Below, one piece after another: positions 23,480-35,602 of a stretch of DNA of 64,000 nucleotides. Origin of the DNA: Diplonema japonicum (lineage: Eukaryota > Protista > Euglenozoa: Diplonemea); the NCBI GenBank assembly GCA_964019335.1, contig OZ025732.1:310001-374000 (forward strand), given 5' to 3'. Each line of letters opens with the position of its first letter. Within the stretch, counting starts at the first letter, position 1. The notes below the pieces were generated by a model. That model saw nothing but the letters and a program-made list of their open reading frames with translations, made no database searches and was not told where the DNA came from. A program made the translations under genes and the position numbers.

Positions 23480-25948
23480 ATGAGCATCATCACCCCGGAC
23501 ATGTCAGATGGCGTGGCACTGTCTGTGATCAGTGATAGGCTTTCCAAGGTGAACACAGAGCTTGACAATATATGGATTTTGTTCTGTTCAGTTATTGTAT
23601 TCACGATGCAGCTGGGCTTTTGCTTCCTGGAGGCAGGCGGGGTGCGGTCTACCAACGTGATCAACATATTGTTCAAAAACCTGGGCGATTGTGCCATTGG
23701 AGGGCTCTGCTGGTGGCTTGTTGGCTACTCCGTTGCCGTGAGCAAGGGCAGCTTCGTGGGTATCGACAGCGAGATCATCGGTTTCGCGCCAAAAGGGGAC
23801 AGCTCCCTTCTCACTACTACAGGCCCGTTTTTACTGTCTTACGTGTACATGACAACTGCAGTGACAATCGTCAGCGGCGCCGTGGCAGAGAGGATCAGCC
23901 TAGTAGCATACTACATTTTGGTGGTGGTCATGACAGCATTCGCGTACCCCGTGGTTGTCCACTGGGTGTGGAACGGAAGCGGGTGGCTTTCAGCAGGGAA
24001 CCCCGACCGTGTAGGGGGCTACGGTGTGATAGACTTCGCGGGGTCTGCGGTGATCCACCTCTTCGGAGGCACATGCGCCTTCGTTTTCTCGTACCTTATC
24101 GGGCCAAGGTCGCTTATCTACCAGATTGACGTGTTCTCCAAGGAGGGGATAGACATCATCGAACCGCATAATAAATTCCAGCAGGCGACTGGTACACTGA
24201 TGCTGTGGTTTGGTTGGTATGCGTTTAACATGGGGTCTGTTCCGGCGTTCTCTGGAGGCGGGTCGAACATTGCAGCGGCAGCGGCTGTTGCGACATGTGT
24301 GGCGTCGGGCTCAGCGACTGTCTTTGGAATCCTCATCTCCCGTGTTTTCTTCGGGTACTACAACATATGCCATGCTTGCAATTGTGCTCTGGTAGGACTT
24401 GTGTCAATCACCGCTGGTTGCGGGACGATTGCACCCGCTTACGCTCCCGTGGTTGGGATAATCGGGGTGTGCGCGTACTTTGCAGTCGTAGATATCCGTT
24501 CCCGTCTTAAAATCGACGATGTGGTCGATGCCTCAGCCGTACACATGGGAGGAGGGATATGGGGCACCTTGTGCGTTGCCTTCTTCGCCGACTCTGATCG
24601 TATTCAGCACGTCGTCGGCCCTGACACTACTGGCGTATCTGTAATGGAACAGTTCGGTGTTCAGCTGCTAGGGACTATTGCCATCATGTCGTGGGCTGGT
24701 TTTGTATCTGCCGCGACATTCTACATTTTGAAGTATACAGTGGGCGTCAGGGTTACCTCTGCCGAAGAACTCCGCGGGCTTGACTTTTCAGAGCACAGAA
24801 CCAACGCATATGATTACATCGAGTCTCTTGAGATCGACAGGAGGATCGCTATTGAAGCGGTTGACGTCGCGCAGCGTGTTGCGGAGGCGATGATCAGCTT
24901 TGACCTGCAGCTTGCCACGCGGGTGTTGGGGTACCGCAATACAAGTATAGCGAGTAATGACAAGCTGGAGGAAGACGCAGATCAGATGTCGCTTCTTAAG
25001 ATCGCGATGAGGAATCTGATCCGGAACCTGACTGCATATAAGCCGTACCTGCCGGCTCATCTTTTCAGCAGTATACAGGAGCAGGAAGAAGAAACGTCGG
25101 ATGTGTCGTCGGAGACAGATTGCCGCACGATGTCCGCCATGAGCAGCGAATCGGTCCTCTTCTCGCACGAGGGTGCGAAGGTGAGCAACGTGGTGGTCCT
25201 GACGGTCCAGTACCGCTTCGGGAGCCACAGTATGTCTTCATCGGCGATTGAGAACTCCACGCTGTCCCTTGTGTCCGGGCTTGAGGCCATTATCGCTGAG
25301 GGGAAGGGCTGCATCCACAAGATTGAAGGAGGTCGCCTTATCGCAACGTGGAGTGGCTACGCCAACAACCCCATCCACGCTGCAAAGACAGCCCTTCACG
25401 CACGCGACCACTTCCGCGTCGGCGTGCAGGCCAGCATCGTCATGGGCAGCACTATGTACGGCAACATGGGCACTGTTGATAACAAGTTCGTCCTACTCTA
25501 CGGCGACCTTGGGTACAAATGCGATTTGCTCCTCGCTGTTGCCGAATCCCTGTCAAACCCCAACCCTATCACGCATGCTGAGGTTGCCACGAAGCTCGGA
25601 TACACTGTCTTGTTGAAGCCGATAGATAAATTAATTGGTGGATCGCTGACTAGGACCTTTGAAGCTCATGCGGTTGAGGGGCTAATACAGACGGAGGACA
25701 CCAACGAGGAGTGGATGTACGAGTTGGAGGAGAAGGGTGCGCAGGACCCTTACTCGAACTACAGGCTGGCATGGGCAGCCTTCAAGGGGAAGTCCTTCGC
25801 TGAAGCAACTGAACATTTGACAATGCACCTTGCACAGCACCCTTCCGACACGCACGCCAGGCACTTGCTCACACTGGCGGAGGACAAGGTTTCTCCCGAG
25901 ACGGTGCTTCGCAGTCACATTTTCGAGACGTACCCTTCTGATCAGTGA
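23480..25948 (+). CDS. amt: Ammonium transporter (Amt/Mep/Rh family) fused to a degenerate class III nucleotide-cyclase-like domain
   Basis: MQLGFCFLEAG, IVSGAVAER, HWVW, DFAGSAVIH, WFGWYAFNMGS and DDVVDASAVH Amt motifs; C-terminal YKPYLP helix, GCIHKIEGG and YGNMG...YGD cyclase-like segments, EEWMYEL. Confidence 0.9.
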   Translation: MSIITPDMSDGVALSVISDRLSKVNTELDNIWILFCSVIVFTMQLGFCFLEAGGVRSTNVINILFKNLGDCAIGGLCWWLVGYSVAVSKGSFVGIDSEIIGFAPKGDSSLLTTTGPFLLSYVYMTTAVTIVSGAVAERISLVAYYILVVVMTAFAYPVVVHWVWNGSGWLSAGNPDRVGGYGVIDFAGSAVIHLFGGTCAFVFSYLIGPRSLIYQIDVFSKEGIDIIEPHNKFQQATGTLMLWFGWYAFNMGSVPAFSGGGSNIAAAAAVATCVASGSATVFGILISRVFFGYYNICHACNCALVGLVSITAGCGTIAPAYAPVVGIIGVCAYFAVVDIRSRLKIDDVVDASAVHMGGGIWGTLCVAFFADSDRIQHVVGPDTTGVSVMEQFGVQLLGTIAIMSWAGFVSAATFYILKYTVGVRVTSAEELRGLDFSEHRTNAYDYIESLEIDRRIAIEAVDVAQRVAEAMISFDLQLATRVLGYRNTSIASNDKLEEDADQMSLLKIAMRNLIRNLTAYKPYLPAHLFSSIQEQEEETSDVSSETDCRTMSAMSSESVLFSHEGAKVSNVVVLTVQYRFGSHSMSSSAIENSTLSLVSGLEAIIAEGKGCIHKIEGGRLIATWSGYANNPIHAAKTALHARDHFRVGVQASIVMGSTMYGNMGTVDNKFVLLYGDLGYKCDLLLAVAESLSNPNPITHAEVATKLGYTVLLKPIDKLIGGSLTRTFEAHAVEGLIQTEDTNEEWMYELEEKGAQDPYSNYRLAWAAFKGKSFAEATEHLTMHLAQHPSDTHARHLLTLAEDKVSPETVLRSHIFETYPSDQ

Positions 25949-26400
25949 TAATTTTTTTTTGGGGGGGGGGAATGTGCTTTTTTTGCTGGTAGCAAGTAAG
26001 AACGAAAGATTGATAAAAGAATAGAAGAAGAAGAAAGGAAAAAGAGGCAGCTTTTTTTTTGTCCGTTTTTTTTTTTTTATATCCTCCCCCTTAGTAGGTG
26101 AAGAAGCGGGCTTTTTCACATTCACGGAAGAACATGGCTTTGTATTGGGTTCTTCAGAATTTAAAGATATAGGGAACATAAGAAATTAACGAATATTGAT
26201 TGGGCCCCTCTGCAGCACCAGATTGCACAAGACAATTAGTCGCTACCCCTTTTTATTGTTATTTGTTTTTGGTGGTGGGGATAACATGGAAATATAAAGA
26301 AGTACATCAGATATGTTGTTCGCTGTTGACCTCCCCTGTAATCAAGTAAATGGTGCTTGTGCAGGGTGCCCCCACCGGCTTCCTTTAAATCGAGTTTATT

Positions 26401-26447
<47 letters not shown>

Positions 26448-27924
26448 GTTCTTCTTGTCATAAGCTTGTATACCCTTTTTTTTCTTTTTCTTCTCGTGAA
26501 GATGGTTTTCTTTGCTGTCTTTTATATCTCTTTATATCTTACGTTTCGCTCTGTCCATCTCTGGCGCAGTGTCTACCAGCTCACCGATGCATCCACTACG
26601 GGCCATGAGGCCCCACCGAGGATACGCCAGTTCCACCACCATCAGCGAAGTACGACCTTAAGCCCAGTTATATCTGAGTTGTTACGTCTCTATAAAACGA
26701 TTTATTTTGTTTCCCCACGCACCGAGGAATTCGGCTTAACTGTATTACTTGCACCACTCCTCCTCAAGACCCCGGGCTCTGGGCTCATTTCCTGAGCTGA
26801 ACCACTCTCCCCCTTGAAGGCAGCGCTCTGATATTTTCGCGCAGATTATTTTTTTTATGTCTATACGAAAGAAAGAAAAAAAAGAGGGGGGGGAGTTCCC
26901 TTTTTCTTTTTAACCACTAAACCCACGTGTCGTATAGATATGACATTAAATATGAAAGATTCAGGATTTAAGAAGAGATCCATAGACTCTTTGGTCAAGG
27001 TATGGCTTGCTATTCTCTTTTTCTTGTTTTAACAATATTATTGTCGACTAAAAACAAGTTGATGGCAGCGTAATGAGCTATTTTATTAGGTAAGATTCCG
27101 CTCGTGCGCACAAACAAATGGAGCGCCAAACTAGTTTTTGGCGCCATTGCGCGATTTCTCTTTTCGGCATCCCTTACCAAACAGGGTGTGTTTTCTTTTT
27201 AGAATTTTGTGGGCTTAGTGGCTAAGGAAAGAAAAGGTCCTGGCACCAGAGAGGTACCGCTTAACGGAGTCGGAGGGCAGACATTACGTGGGGGGTGTTC
27301 GTTTTTTTCCAAGGAATCTTCTCTCGGTGCCCTTTGAAGGGTAGAGGAAACAGTAAGGAAAGAGCCGGACATTCCCTTCCGAGGTTCTTTTAACGGTACT
27401 TTAAGGAGGGTAGCAATATTAGAGTTATCATTACATTATTTCTTTTTTTTTCTTTTTTTTTCTTTTTGCAGTAAGCTAGCTTTGTCGTAGCGTAATGAGC
27501 TATTTATTAGGTAGAATCCCGCTTCGTGCGCGCAAACAAGTGAAGCGCCAAACTAGTCTTTTCTTCACTGGGTTGGACATTTGACATTTTGAAAAGGGCA
27601 GCACGACAGGCCGGACCAGAAGAGAATATCGAGATGAATGCGTTTCCACGTTATTCTCCTTATTCTTTTCTTTTTTTTTTTTTTTCGTGTGTGAACTTTT
27701 TCGAAGGTGAGTGAGCCCCCCCCCCCCCCCCCCCCTCGCTGCACAAAAGGATTTTATATTGTTCTTCCCCACTTTCCTTCTTTTTTTTTTTTTTTTTCCT
27801 CTCCTTTTTTTCATATATTCTCTCCTTCTTCATTTCTTTTTGAGAAGGTAACAACTAGTACAATCAAATACCAAAGGAAAAAGAGAAAGATGCAAAGAAG
27901 GTGTTAGGGCAAGTGTTTCTTTCA

Positions 27925-28250
27925 GGTACCTCAGTGGCACACAGAGAGGATGTTGTGGAATTCCTCAGACCACGGGCACCTCAGCAGCAGGAGCGACCGA
28001 CAAGACAAACAGGGTCCCCTGTTAGGCAAGCAACCTATAAAAGGAAAGAGTGTTGCATCGTTTCCTGATGACTTCACGTGGCATGGAGGATGAGCTCCCC
28101 CTTCCTTTTGTTTGGAAGGAGGAGCTGCACACGTTTTCGCCTTTGGGTGCTTTTGCCTCTTGATGATGATAGGGAACACCTGTTGGAGGACCCGAGTCTC
28201 GCTCATGATCTGGAGCTGTTTGAAAGTAGGGGGGAGCTGAGCAGTGACGC
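27925..28250 (+). pseudogene. Fused 3' fragments of an LRR gene and an ankyrin gene
   Basis: 27925-28075 matches 60750-60920 (ends ...ECCIVS*); 28175-28250 matches the DPSLAHDLELFE ankyrin tail. Confidence 0.75.
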
Positions 28251-28329
28251 CTCGTGAGGTCATCAGGAAACATATGTTCTCCCCTCTATCAGTTTAGTAC
28301 TCGTATTTATTTCTATTATTTGTATTATC

Positions 28330-29995
28330 ATGTCGAACGATCAGCAGGGGGACAGTAAAGAACCCGGCCCACCTCCAAGTGGTGCCTCTGGGGCCGAGAA
28401 GGATTCGGTGCAGACGGGCCGGGACGGGGCAAAACAGCAAACGTGGGCTGAGCAAGCACGAAAAGCGGTAGGAAAGGTGGTGAAGGTGGACCACACTTTG
28501 TTACCAACGATAGCAAAGGAGCAGAGGACGAACAAGAAGACGCCACAGCAGCAGCAGGGACAAAGGAAGGGGCAGAAGGACTCATTCAGAGCCATCCTGG
28601 GAGCATGGGCGGCACCGAAAGAATGGGAGATGGCGAAGGGAGACCCGAAAGCATCTCTCAAAGCTTTCATGGGGGACGTAGCAGCGGTGATGGGGGAACC
28701 GCTAAAAAGAGAGGGGAGGAAGCCAGGGGAGGAGTGTGTAGACATCCTCATCTGGGTCAACAGGAAGGAAGCAGAAGCCAAGGCAGCCGAGATGAGAGGG
28801 ACTTGGGTGCTAGAGAGAAGGCGGCGAGGAGTGGTCTGGCTGGCCACCAGAGAACTGGGGCGCGCTGTGGAGGTGATGGACAGCGTGAGGAAGGTCAGCA
28901 AGGACGCCTTGCTGACGATGAACGGGAAGGGCTTCGGCGTCCAAGTACAGGACGACGTCGAAGCGGTGAGGAAGCTGGTGGAGCAGGCCAACCTCGGGGT
29001 GACAAAGAAGATCTCATACGATCTTAGAGGTCTCCCCCAGGGAACAACACGAGAGGCCGCGCAGCAGACGGTGGCGGCAACTGGAAGGGGCAGGTGGTGA
29101 GGGTGCTCCCAAAGGAAGGGAAGGTGCTGGCGGTAGTGCAGGCGCAGGAGCCACCAGAATTCGGCGAGATCGACTGGGGGGAGGGACGGGCAGAGCTGTG
29201 GGAGTCCCGCAAACCGCCGGCGAGAGACCGGGAGAGAAGGACGGACCGGAACGACACCGGGCAGTGCAGGGCCAACGATACACACAGAAGCAATTCTGGC
29301 GCCACTACGGCAAAGCAAGGAGCGAGGAGGAGTGGAAGAGTAACGACCCCGTGGTCGGGGCTCAGCCACAACAAGAACAACAACAACAACAAGGGCAACA
29401 ACAAACTCCAACGCAGAGGGAGAGGCAGCTCGAGGAGCAGGTGAGGGAGCTGAAGGAAGAGGTGAAGAAGCTGAGAGCAGCGGTAGCGGCAGCCACGAAC
29501 AAGAGGGCCGAGCCGGGGAAGAAAAGGAAGGTGAGGGAGGATAAAACCCCCTCGATGACGCGGATGCCAGCACCATCACCATCGCCAGTGAAGCAGCAGA
29601 GGGGTGACGCAGCAGAGGTGGTGCCAGGATATGCGGCAGGAACGGCCAACTCCAAGGCCAAGTCCCAGTCCAGGTCAGGGTTAGGGACAGGGCGCAACGG
29701 GAAGGACAGACGCGTAATCAAGCAGGCCGAGCGCGACGAAGGAAGACAGAGGGACTACGACGGGATGGGCAGGAAAGCGCCGAAGCACACCCACCACTGG
29801 GAGGAGCACAAGAGCAGAACCAGGTGGGTGTGCACCAAGTGCGAGCGCAACATGCCGAAGGGTACGTACGCGACCACCTGCAGGCATGGGGAGTGCAAGC
29901 TGCAGAAGTGCAGACGCTGCGTGGAGGGACGGAGGCAGCAGCTGTACTACAGCTCGACAGACGAATCCTCGAGCCTGTCCTCGGGGGAATGGTGA
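28330..29995 (+). pseudogene. LINE A ORF1 (frameshifted): coiled coil and C-terminal Cys/His finger
   Basis: ORF pieces 28330-29100, 29094 onward and 29198-29995; H...CTKC...C...C...CRRC finger parallels the end of LINE B ORF1. Confidence 0.7.
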
Positions 29996-30055
29996 ACGGC
30001 AGGACGCGGTGGAGCGCAGGGGACGGGGACGGACCTGCAAGAGGTAGCGAAGAGG

Positions 30056-33000
30056 ATGCAGTTAGAGTATGAGGAAGTCCCGGGAGACGGGAACTGCCAA
30101 TACTCGGCAATCTCCACCGCACTGAAAAGGGGGAACGCGGCACAACTACGTCAGCTGACCGCCAAGCACATCGCGAAAAACCCCCAAAGATACGGAGGAC
30201 TACTGCAAGCAGAGGATGAGACCGTGGAAGCATACGCGGAGAAAACAGCAAAAGACCGCACGTGGGGGGACCATATCACACTAGAGGCGGCGGCACAGGT
30301 GATGAAGACCAACATCTGGGTCCTGAGGGAGGAAGGAATACAGCGGGCGGCGAGGCCAGAGGACGCAGTGAGCACGATCATCATTGCGTACGAGCCCTAT
30401 CACTACGATGCGATCCACGCACCACGATGTGTCACACGCTGGTTGGAGGGGACGGCGGAGACGCGGGTAGGGATAGAAGAACTGAGAGTGGTAGCGAAGC
30501 GAGGTGCTAAGAAGGAATCGACTGGCCAGACTTCGGATCAACACCAACGGGGGAACTCCCCCGGCCCTGAACGCTGGGGTGTCCTGGATACGAGGACGGG
30601 CGCGAGTCGGAGGCGCGATATCCTCCATGAGAAGTCTGGTAACCCTACAGCCAAAGTCCTAGACTGTAGGGGTGAACGTATAGGCAGCACCAAGCGGAGC
30701 GAACACGAACAGGAACAAAGGACACTGCACCTGACGAGCGTGAACGTGGCGTCGCTGCGCAACAGGCTGGACGACGTAATGAAGCTGGACACCGACGTCA
30801 TCTGCCTACAGGAGACTGCGCTCACTGCAGCAGGACAAGGAGAGACGGCCCACGCTATGAAGGGGATGTGTGGCAAGAATAGGTACAGACCCATGTGGGG
30901 GGACCCACAACCGGGGAGGAAAAAAGAAGGACTGACCTCTATTGACATAGCACAGCGAGGGGGACTCGCGACTTTTGTGAGGGAACCGCGCACGGTGCTT
31001 GGATCATCCTTGGACAGGGACGATGCGACGCCGGAAATGAACCGAAGATGGCAGCACACAAGAGTGAGCGTTGACGGGAAGAACCTCTGGCTACACATCA
31101 TCACAGTGTACTGTCCAGCAGGCGAAGCGGAGGAAAAGAGGAGGCAAAGGGAACAGCTGCTACACCACATCCTGCAGAAGAAGGTGAGAGAGCTGGGGAA
31201 CGTGCCCATAGTGGTAGCCGGAGACCTGAACACAGACGAAGGGAGGTCTCAGGAACTGCGGTACGCGCTACACACGGGGTGGACAGACGCAGCAGCAGCA
31301 TGTGCCATGCAACGAGGAGAGGAGCCCGGACCCACATTCGTAAGAGACAACTGTGCGTCGAGGATAGACTACATACTCCTGAACCCAATTGCGGCGCAGG
31401 CGCTCAAGGGGTGCGAGACGCGGAAGGACGTCAAAGGAGCGGACCACATGACGCTTACCGTGGAGATGGACCTAGGACGGTTCAGGCAGAATATCCAAAG
31501 ATACATGATACCGAAGGAAATCCCGGAACAGCAGCGGAAGCCGACGGAAGAGGAAGGCGAACGGGCGCTTGACGGAAGCGAGTTCCGGAGGCATATGCTG
31601 AGGGACGGAAGGGGTGACATCAACGCGGCGTGGAGGGAGCTGGCCATGGTCAGTGAGAACATGCTGCTGGGAGAGGGACCATCCGACAAGGCGCCGTACC
31701 AGGGCAGGGGGAAGACCCGAAGGCCACAACAAAAAAGACTTTGCGCGCCAACAACCAGAGGAGCGGCAGGAGCGGCATCGACGAAGCAAGTGAAACTCGA
31801 GAGGATGGAAGGAAGACTCCAGGCCGTCAAGATCCAATTGCTAAAGCTTCTACAGCAAGGCGGGGGACAGATGAGCAGGATAACGACGAGAACCATCCAA
31901 AACCTCAACGAGGACCTCCAGAACACGGGTGTCAAGAGCCGGCCCTTATCAGCAGAGGAGACATTGAGGACATCATCGCAGACGCGGAGCTAATGGGGGA
32001 AGCTGTGAAAAGGCGAGAACGGGAACTGGAGAAGGAGCAGAGGGTGGCGAGGAAAAGGAACTACCTCGATTCGGTGGAGAGAGGGGCTGAGACGAGGGAC
32101 TTAGTGGCAGGGATGAAGGGAACGCAAGTGGGACGGGGCACAGCGAGCGTGGAGCTTCAGGGCGCCACGATCGCGAATCCAGAGCAGCTAGACAGGACGA
32201 TGAGAGAACACTGGGAGACGGTATTCGCGAAGTACAAGAACAGACCACAGCCCGGGTACGAGACCTTTAAGAAGGAGTACGGGTCACACATCGTCAGACA
32301 GGAGATGGGAGGAGGCCCAATCACAGGGGAAAGCCTACGGCAAGTGCTGGTGAAGAAAACGGCCAGAAGTGCAGCAGGTATAGACGGCTGGCGGATGGCA
32401 GAGCTGCGTAGGCTCCCAGTGGTGGTGCTAGAGGCATGGGCAGACCTGTTCAACTTCATCGAAGAGACAGGGGAATGGCCGGAGGCGCTGTGTACGGCGC
32501 TGGTGACCTTGGTGCCGAAGTGTAAGAACGCAGGACCACTAGAACACCGACCCATCACGGTCACGTCGGCTGTGTACAGGCTGTGGGCGAGCGCCAGGCT
32601 GCAGGACATCTTGCCGTGGCAGGAGAGGTGGATACACAACACGCAGCATGGGTTCAGAACAAAGCACGGGACGGAGGATGTCCTCATGGAAATAAGCACG
32701 AGGATCGAAGCAGCGGTGATGGACGGAGAGCCACTTGTAGGAGTGGCCCTAGACTTTGCCAAATGTTTCGACACAGTACCGCAGGGGCTGGTGCTGGAGC
32801 TGATGAAGGACATGGGCATGGACGCTGGCATCCTGAGAGCACTCAAGGGCATGTACGACAGCCTCAGGAGAAGGTTCAGGTACGCGACAGGAGTTGGTGA
32901 GGAGTTCGAGACCACCAACGGGATCCTGCAAGGCTGCCCCATCTCGATCATCATGATCAACGCGCTGTTGGCGGTCATGATGAAGAGCGTGGAGCAGAGG

Positions 33001-34803
33001 ACGGGTGTCGAGACCTTGTCGTACGCCGATGACGCATACCTGTTGGCGGCACTCGCAGAAGTACTACGAGAAGCCACAGACACGGTAGGTGCCTTTTGCG
33101 ACATTGTCGGCATGAAGCTGAACAACAAGAAGTGCGAGGTGTTCGCGGCCGGCGGCAAGGCACCAAGGATAAAGGTGGACGGGCGGGAGCTGGGTACTGC
33201 CAACAAGGTGAAGGTACTAGGGGCGAGGTTACGGACGGACGGCAAAGCGCAGAAGGACAACGAGAGGGTCAGGACAGCTATAAACAGGCTGGAGAGACTC
33301 GCGATCACGCCGCTAAGCTATGAGCAGAGGGGGGAGGTACTGCAGACCACTGTAATACCGAGCTGCCTGTACGACGTAGCCTTCTCCCCACCATCGGATG
33401 GATATCTCACAAAACTGACGAAGGTGGCGTCGCGTGCCTTGTGGGGACCGAGGTACAGGACACGAAACCCGGCGGCAGTGCTATCAATCCTCCATAAAGG
33501 ACACACATACGACCCGGAGGTGGCCTCGCCATACCGCGCAATGGCTCTATTCCACAGGGTGCACCAGAAGAAGGGGACAGTGTGGGAGAGATGTGAAAGG
33601 CTGGCAGTAGCATACCGCGAGGAAGGAAGAACAACACCGCTAGGTCCGGTAGGCAATATGCTGCGAAGGTGGCTTCCGAAAGTGGGTCTCGGCTGGACGG
33701 GGTTCACACAGAAGCTGAAGGAAGGGAAGGAACGTTTCGCGCACGAAATGCGGGAGAGGCTGAGGGTGGGACGCTCAAAAAGCATCGAACAGGTAAGGAG
33801 GTCGATGCGAGACCTGGGGGAAGGAGCGGACCCGAGTACGAACGAGCTCTGGCAGCGGCTGAGGAAGAGCAACGATCCGATAGCAGCCAGGGCCTTACAG
33901 CGGGTGATAACCGGGGGAGTTTTCTACATCAACCCCAGGGGGTGGCACACGGACGCCAAGAAGAACATCGAACCGCCGAAGGAGGGAGAGGACACCACCT
34001 CAGAAGAGGAAGAAGAGGAAGAAGAAGAGGAAATGACGCGACCCACGAGGCGGCATCCAGCACAGTACGTCAACTGTGACATATGTGAACACGAGGTGCA
34101 TGAGCACGACATGCTCAAGCACGCGCTGTGGGACTGCGAGTTGGCAAGGGAAATACAAAACAAGGAAGCTAACAGAGCAGTGGTGGAGGAACGGACGGCC
34201 ATGCCGAGGTGCATGCAGCTGCACGGAGTGCTGCCGCGAGGACACGACAAAGAGCATCTCAAGAGCCTGCAGCTCTACCTCCTGGAGGTGGTAACAGAAC
34301 GAGACCGCCGCCTGCAAGAAAAGAGGGCACTGGAGAGGTACACGACTCACCCGTGGGAAGTGATCACAGAAGGAAAAAGACACCCGACACCGACATGGAG
34401 AGAACTACGACAACATGTAGGGGGGGGGCTCATGAAACAGTACGGACAGGAGATCGTCAAATGGCTAGGGCAGCTCAAGTGGTACCGGGGCCCGAGGAGA
34501 ACAACGGTCACGACAATAGAGCTTGCGCTGGACTTCGAGAACAGCACAATGAAGTCGCTGGTGGGTGAACGTGGAGACCTGACACTAATAGGTAAAAAGG
34601 CGAGACGGCTACATGGCCTGCTGGTGAGGCTGCAGGAAGGCTGGCAGGACGCGCGGATAAGGAGGAAGGTCAGGGGACACAGAGCCATACCGGCGGAGCA
34701 ACGGCGGACACGGCCTGAGGACCATAGGGGGGAGAAAGGTCTTGCTGGGACAGAAGACCGCTGCACGTCTCGGAACAGACGAAGAAGGACCTCCAGAAAC
34801 TGA
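30056..34803 (+). pseudogene. LINE A ORF2: OTU + APE endonuclease + RT + CCHC knuckle (frameshift near 31960)
   Basis: VPGDGNC/WG/HYD (OTU); SVNVASL, CLQET, GDLN, SRIDY, ADH (APE); DFAKCFD, QGCPIS, YADD (RT); CDIC...H...C. Confidence 0.9.
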
Positions 34804-35009
34804 GACAGCAGTGGCAGAAGGAGCGGGGCCCTGACTTATACCTGAAAAAATAAAAATAAAATGGGGCCTTGATTGCAACACAAAGTGGCGTTAAGCGTGC
34901 TACAAAGCACGAACTAACTACCTGATGACAGAGGGCCTGAAGTGTTATTGCAAGTGGGAATAAAAAAGCGAAAAAGTAAAATAGTAATTGCATTACGGGG
35001 TGCGTGCCT

Positions 35010-35270
35010 CGGCCTTAGAAGTACAGAAAGCTTGCTCCCAGGATGCTCCTCACGTGCTGCATGGTGAATGATTGGAATGGTCCCTTGCGTTAACATCTGC
35101 GTTGTGCCTCAGGAGAATAGCCGCTACCTCCTCCGAAGTGGCCCGGAGAAGTGCTGTACACGGATCACACCACTTGCCAGGAAGAGAAACCTCTGAATTC
35201 ACGTCCACAGAAGTGCGAATCAAGAGGACCTCCACACAAGAAGGAAGACGTGGTGGGCCGCCATGTTAAG
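35010..35270 (-). pseudogene. Ankyrin-gene fragment inside the inverted segment
   Basis: EVLLIRTSVDVNSEVSLP...ILLRHNADVNARD on the minus strand. Confidence 0.8.
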
Positions 35271-35602
35271 GGAGTCGGTAGGGGTGCTGGATGTGGTCAG
35301 GGCTGAACCTGTGCCTTGGGTAGACCTGCTAGGTACGCCGAGGGCATCTCTGTCTTCTGCAATCAAGTCATGTATGACCCTTCCCTCACGGAGAAGTCTG
35401 CTAGGTAGAGAGGGCGTGCTCCAATGGACTGAACATTAGTTAAACTAACCTATAGGTTACGCAAAAATAAAATAAATTAAAGAGGTAAAAGGAAATCCCT
35501 GATCTGGGACGTCCTGTCTTGTTCTTCTTCCTGCCCCTATCTCCCTTCAGCGGCTTCGGTCTTTCCTTTTTGGGCTGACCGCTCCCTCATGGCGCTCACC
35601 CG

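Larger units (their letters stand above)
28330..34827 (+). mobile_element. LINE A: APE-type non-LTR retrotransposon carrying an OTU protease; 3' tail inverted at 35478-35602
   Basis: ORF1 plus OTU-APE-RT ORF2; purine-rich sense strand; 3' portion repeated at 20365-20893; exact 5' end not defined. Confidence 0.9.

Noticed and set aside
28261-28329. An SL exon or TSD at the 5' end of LINE A
   Set aside because: No convincing SL match or flanking duplication found; the 5' boundary is left undefined
31940-31993. Programmed frameshift between APE and RT in LINE A
   Set aside because: LINE B is continuous across this region, no slippery heptamer is evident, and copy A has other indels; mutation or sequencing error is more likely
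34918-34945. CTGATGA as a hammerhead ribozyme core
   Set aside because: No stem II followed by GAAA; other copies of this repeat read TTGATTA at the same position
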